Assembly: GCA_002794465.1 (NCBI GenBank)
Contig: MTSL01000206.1
Span: 38,786-70,785 of the forward strand
Source: Paramicrosporidium saccamoebae KSL3
Lineage: Eukaryota > Fungi > Cryptomycota
Reading direction: 5' to 3'
Length of the DNA: 32,000 nt
Below, piece by piece: positions 29,304-32,000 of the stretch (position 1 is its first letter; every line of letters starts with the position of its first letter). The translations under genes and the position numbers were made by a program. The notes under the pieces are model-generated. The model ran no database searches. It was not told the DNA's origin and was given only the letters and a program-made list of their open reading frames with translations.

Positions 29304-31666
29304 CTACCTCTTTGACCCGTATCGGGCCTTGAATAGAGGATGTCTCGGCTTTACTGTCGATGACGTGACGGGCTTGTTGTACTCGATATAGGCCATGTCA
29401 TCGGCGCCCGAGAGACTCTTCATGGAGGACGTCTTTTTGACCACGGTGGATTCGACATCATCGCCACCGTCAACGGCTTCCTCCTCGGCGTCCTCTTCAG
29501 TGGCCAAAAGGACGGATTGGAGCAACTCGATTTGATCCTTATGCGAAGCATAAGCTAAATCTGGGAATTCCTCCATCCCTTTCAGCTCTGTAATCACCTT
29601 GAACGAATATCCCTGATCGATCAGGAACTGTTGTCGCTTTGTAGAATAAAACATTTCCTCCGTATCACGAGAGACGAGAGAGTAGAAGAATGCATTAAAA
29701 CCGTCATCTCTGCGACGCTTGGCGCGGAGAATACGACCCAGACGTTGGGCTTCCTGACGTCGAGAGCCGTAGTGGGAGGATATCTGGATGAGACAGGTGG
29801 CTTCAGGAAGATCAATGGACGTGTCACCCACCTTGGAGAGAAAGATGGTGTTTACAAGAGGGCTCGATTGGAACAGGTGGAGGACACGCATGCGCTCTGT
29901 CTGTCCAGTTTCACCGTAAATGTGGGGCTTCTTTAACTTGAGCGCATATGCCCGAAGCGCAAAGACATTATCTGAAAAGACAATAATTTTGTCGCCGCGC
30001 TTCTCATGATAATCAATAAGGAATTGACAAGCTTGGAATTTTCGGGGATTCATAATTGCCAAAAGACGTCGTTTCCTCGAGGACTCGTTCAGATATTCTC
30101 GATAAAACTCACTAGTCATGTTGCACCAAATTTCGGCACACTGAACATTGGCAATGTGTCCCTTCCTGGCCAGATCCAGCCAGTTGGCCTCATACAATTT
30201 GGGTCCAATCAGGAAATTCAGATCGTCAATTTTGTCATCTTCACGCACCAGCGTGGCGGTCAAGCCGAGTTTGCAATGTGCCGCCACAGTTGTCAGCACT
30301 CTTCGGAATACATTAGCTGGCACAACATGCACTTCATCGAGAATCAGCAATCCCCATTCAGTGTTCTGGATCAGCTCCATCATTTTACGTGCTTCATAAG
30401 AACGACGGCCACCATAGGCCACCATCGTATATGTCGAGACAATTATCCCATTATTTGTGGGCAGCCGCTCCTTAAAGTCAGATGTAAAGCGGGCCACTTG
30501 GTTTTCTTGAATATTGGTAAAGTACTTGAATTGCTGTCGCCACTGCTCCACCGACACGGCTGAGGTGCACAAGACCAAGCAATTTTTCTTGACCGTACAG
30601 GCTGCAGTAATGCCCACCAGCGTCTTCCCAGCACCACAGGGAAGCACAATAATGCCCGATCGAGCGCGTCCATTTCCAAACATTTTACTAAGACTCTTTT
30701 CTTGATAGGGACGGATAGTTGTGGATGGCTTGAGATCAATCTCCAAGTTTGGGTTCAGTAGGTCGTGTCTGAAATCGTACTCTTCCAACATTGGATAGTC
30801 CAGCTCAATGCACCTCTTTTTTATCTTTTCGTTGGCGCTGGCCAAAACCTCAAAGGAGTGCACTTGTGCGACCTTGCCGTCCGCATCATCCTCATCGCGA
30901 TCTCGCAGGGCTGCAATTGTGTCTATCACATCTCGTGTCCCTTCGCCGCCTGTGCTGAACTGCGGCCTAACGCCAGCAACAGACGGAACAGCACTCGGCG
31001 CAATAGAAGGGTCAGGACGGCATGAGCTAATCTCTTGGTCTTTTAAGAGGAGCTGGAGGATGGATGGAAATTGACTCTCGACCCAATATCTGTTGTGATG
31101 CAGCACCAACTTGACCTTTCCGTAACTCAGAGTGCATGTCCTAATAAACGAAATGATCCCCTCAGGAACAGGCGTCTTGCACAACTTTCCCAACACATTT
31201 ACAATGTCCTCCGTCTCCAGACCAACTGACACGGCTGCATACAGACTGTAAGGTGTCAGTTTGTATTCATGAATAAAATTGGGACGACTAATGGGTTCCG
31301 CGATGGCAGTCAAAAAGTCTTGCGCAAGCTCGTGCATGGGAGAGAAGCTCTCCATGAAAAAATGTCCATCCTCGGATATCCACAAAGGACGATTTTCATG
31401 GTCCTTCTTCAACGCCAATGAAAGGCTGTTGCTTCCCTCAAAAAGCTTCTCCACATAATTGCTGGGCTTTCCCTCCTTGCGTTTTGTCATGTCCATTTCC
31501 AGCTTGGCTTGTTTGGGGACTAATTATTAGACAATCTCTTAAATGTACGCATGACAGTAGAGTCCTTGGCATCTTCGCCATCAGAAATGACATCATTTGC
31601 TTCTACAAAGTCCACCTCCTCTGAATAATTCTTGACAGCGGTGCTCCTCCGGCTTCGGGGAGGCAT
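29304..31666 (-). CDS. SSL2: TFIIH helicase XPB (Ssl2/Rad25/ERCC3)
   Basis: Exons 31666-31549 and 31519-29304 (29-nt intron). [52 protein letters not shown]. Confidence 0.97.
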
Positions 31667-31816
31667 CACTTGGAGCCCCTGCCGACTGACACTTCAATTT
31701 CACCTCACAACTGTGATTTAAATAGATTCTCCTGATTAGTTCATGTTTCTTGACAACTATAAAATGGCCACCAAGAGTGTGTTGAGTATCGCGAAAGCGT
31801 AAGTAAGCAGTTGAAA

Positions 31817-32000
31817 ATGTTCATCTCTAACAAGTTTCTGAGCTTTGTTCTGATCAGCAGCGCAAGCGCCCTCAGTCTCTCCCACATCTTTGGCACTAAT
31901 GTTGCTCCGATCGAAGAAGGCAAGAAGCCGGCCTGCAACACTCTGAGCCCACGTGGAAAGTATTTCAAGAAGGCTGATAATAAGCGCAAGCGCACAAACA
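31817..32000 (+). CDS. Possible secreted protein, truncated at the window end
   Basis: Open from ATG 31817 to the edge: MFISNKFLSFVLISSASALSLSHIFG...KYFKKADNKRKRTN. Hydrophobic N-terminus, divergent from SSL2. Confidence 0.4.
   Translation, partial: MFISNKFLSFVLISSASALSLSHIFGTNVAPIEEGKKPACNTLSPRGKYFKKADNKRKRTN

Noticed and set aside
31742-31836. Spliced gene using GTAAGT at 31799 and CTAACAAG
   Set aside because: Splicing from the upstream ATG frame gives an immediate TGA. The unspliced ORF from ATG 31817 is the simpler model.

Overview
Gene-dense eukaryotic DNA with about 22 protein-coding genes (two cut by the window edges) and 26 inferred GT-AG introns of only 29-42 nt. I checked by hand that every spliced model keeps its reading frame. 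The compact layout, tiny introns and gene set suggest an early-diverging fungal relative (Rozellomycota/Paramicrosporidium-like is an inference, not shown by the sequence). Housekeeping genes: RPL23, SER3-like, CorA-type Mg transporter, FRAY/OSR1-like STE20 kinase, AKR1, PRS, RNase H1, peptide deformylase, DHFR, UBC8, PMS1/PMS2, PTC7, PAP2 phosphatase, RPS4, SSL2/XPB. Genes typically missing from yeasts: DONSON, BRWD/PHIP-like, tubby, and candidate geminin-like and HAUS4-like proteins. Main leads: (1) a tandem family of signal-peptide, ankyrin-repeat, C-terminal NLS proteins at the left edge (effector-like); (2) a 29-nt array forming chained stop/start mini-ORFs that run into the PMS1 start codon; (3) an identical 15-mer in the introns of both ribosomal protein genes; (4) a geminin-like protein with a D-box and E2F-like upstream sites. 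All family assignments come from motif recognition and remembered sequences; no database search was run.
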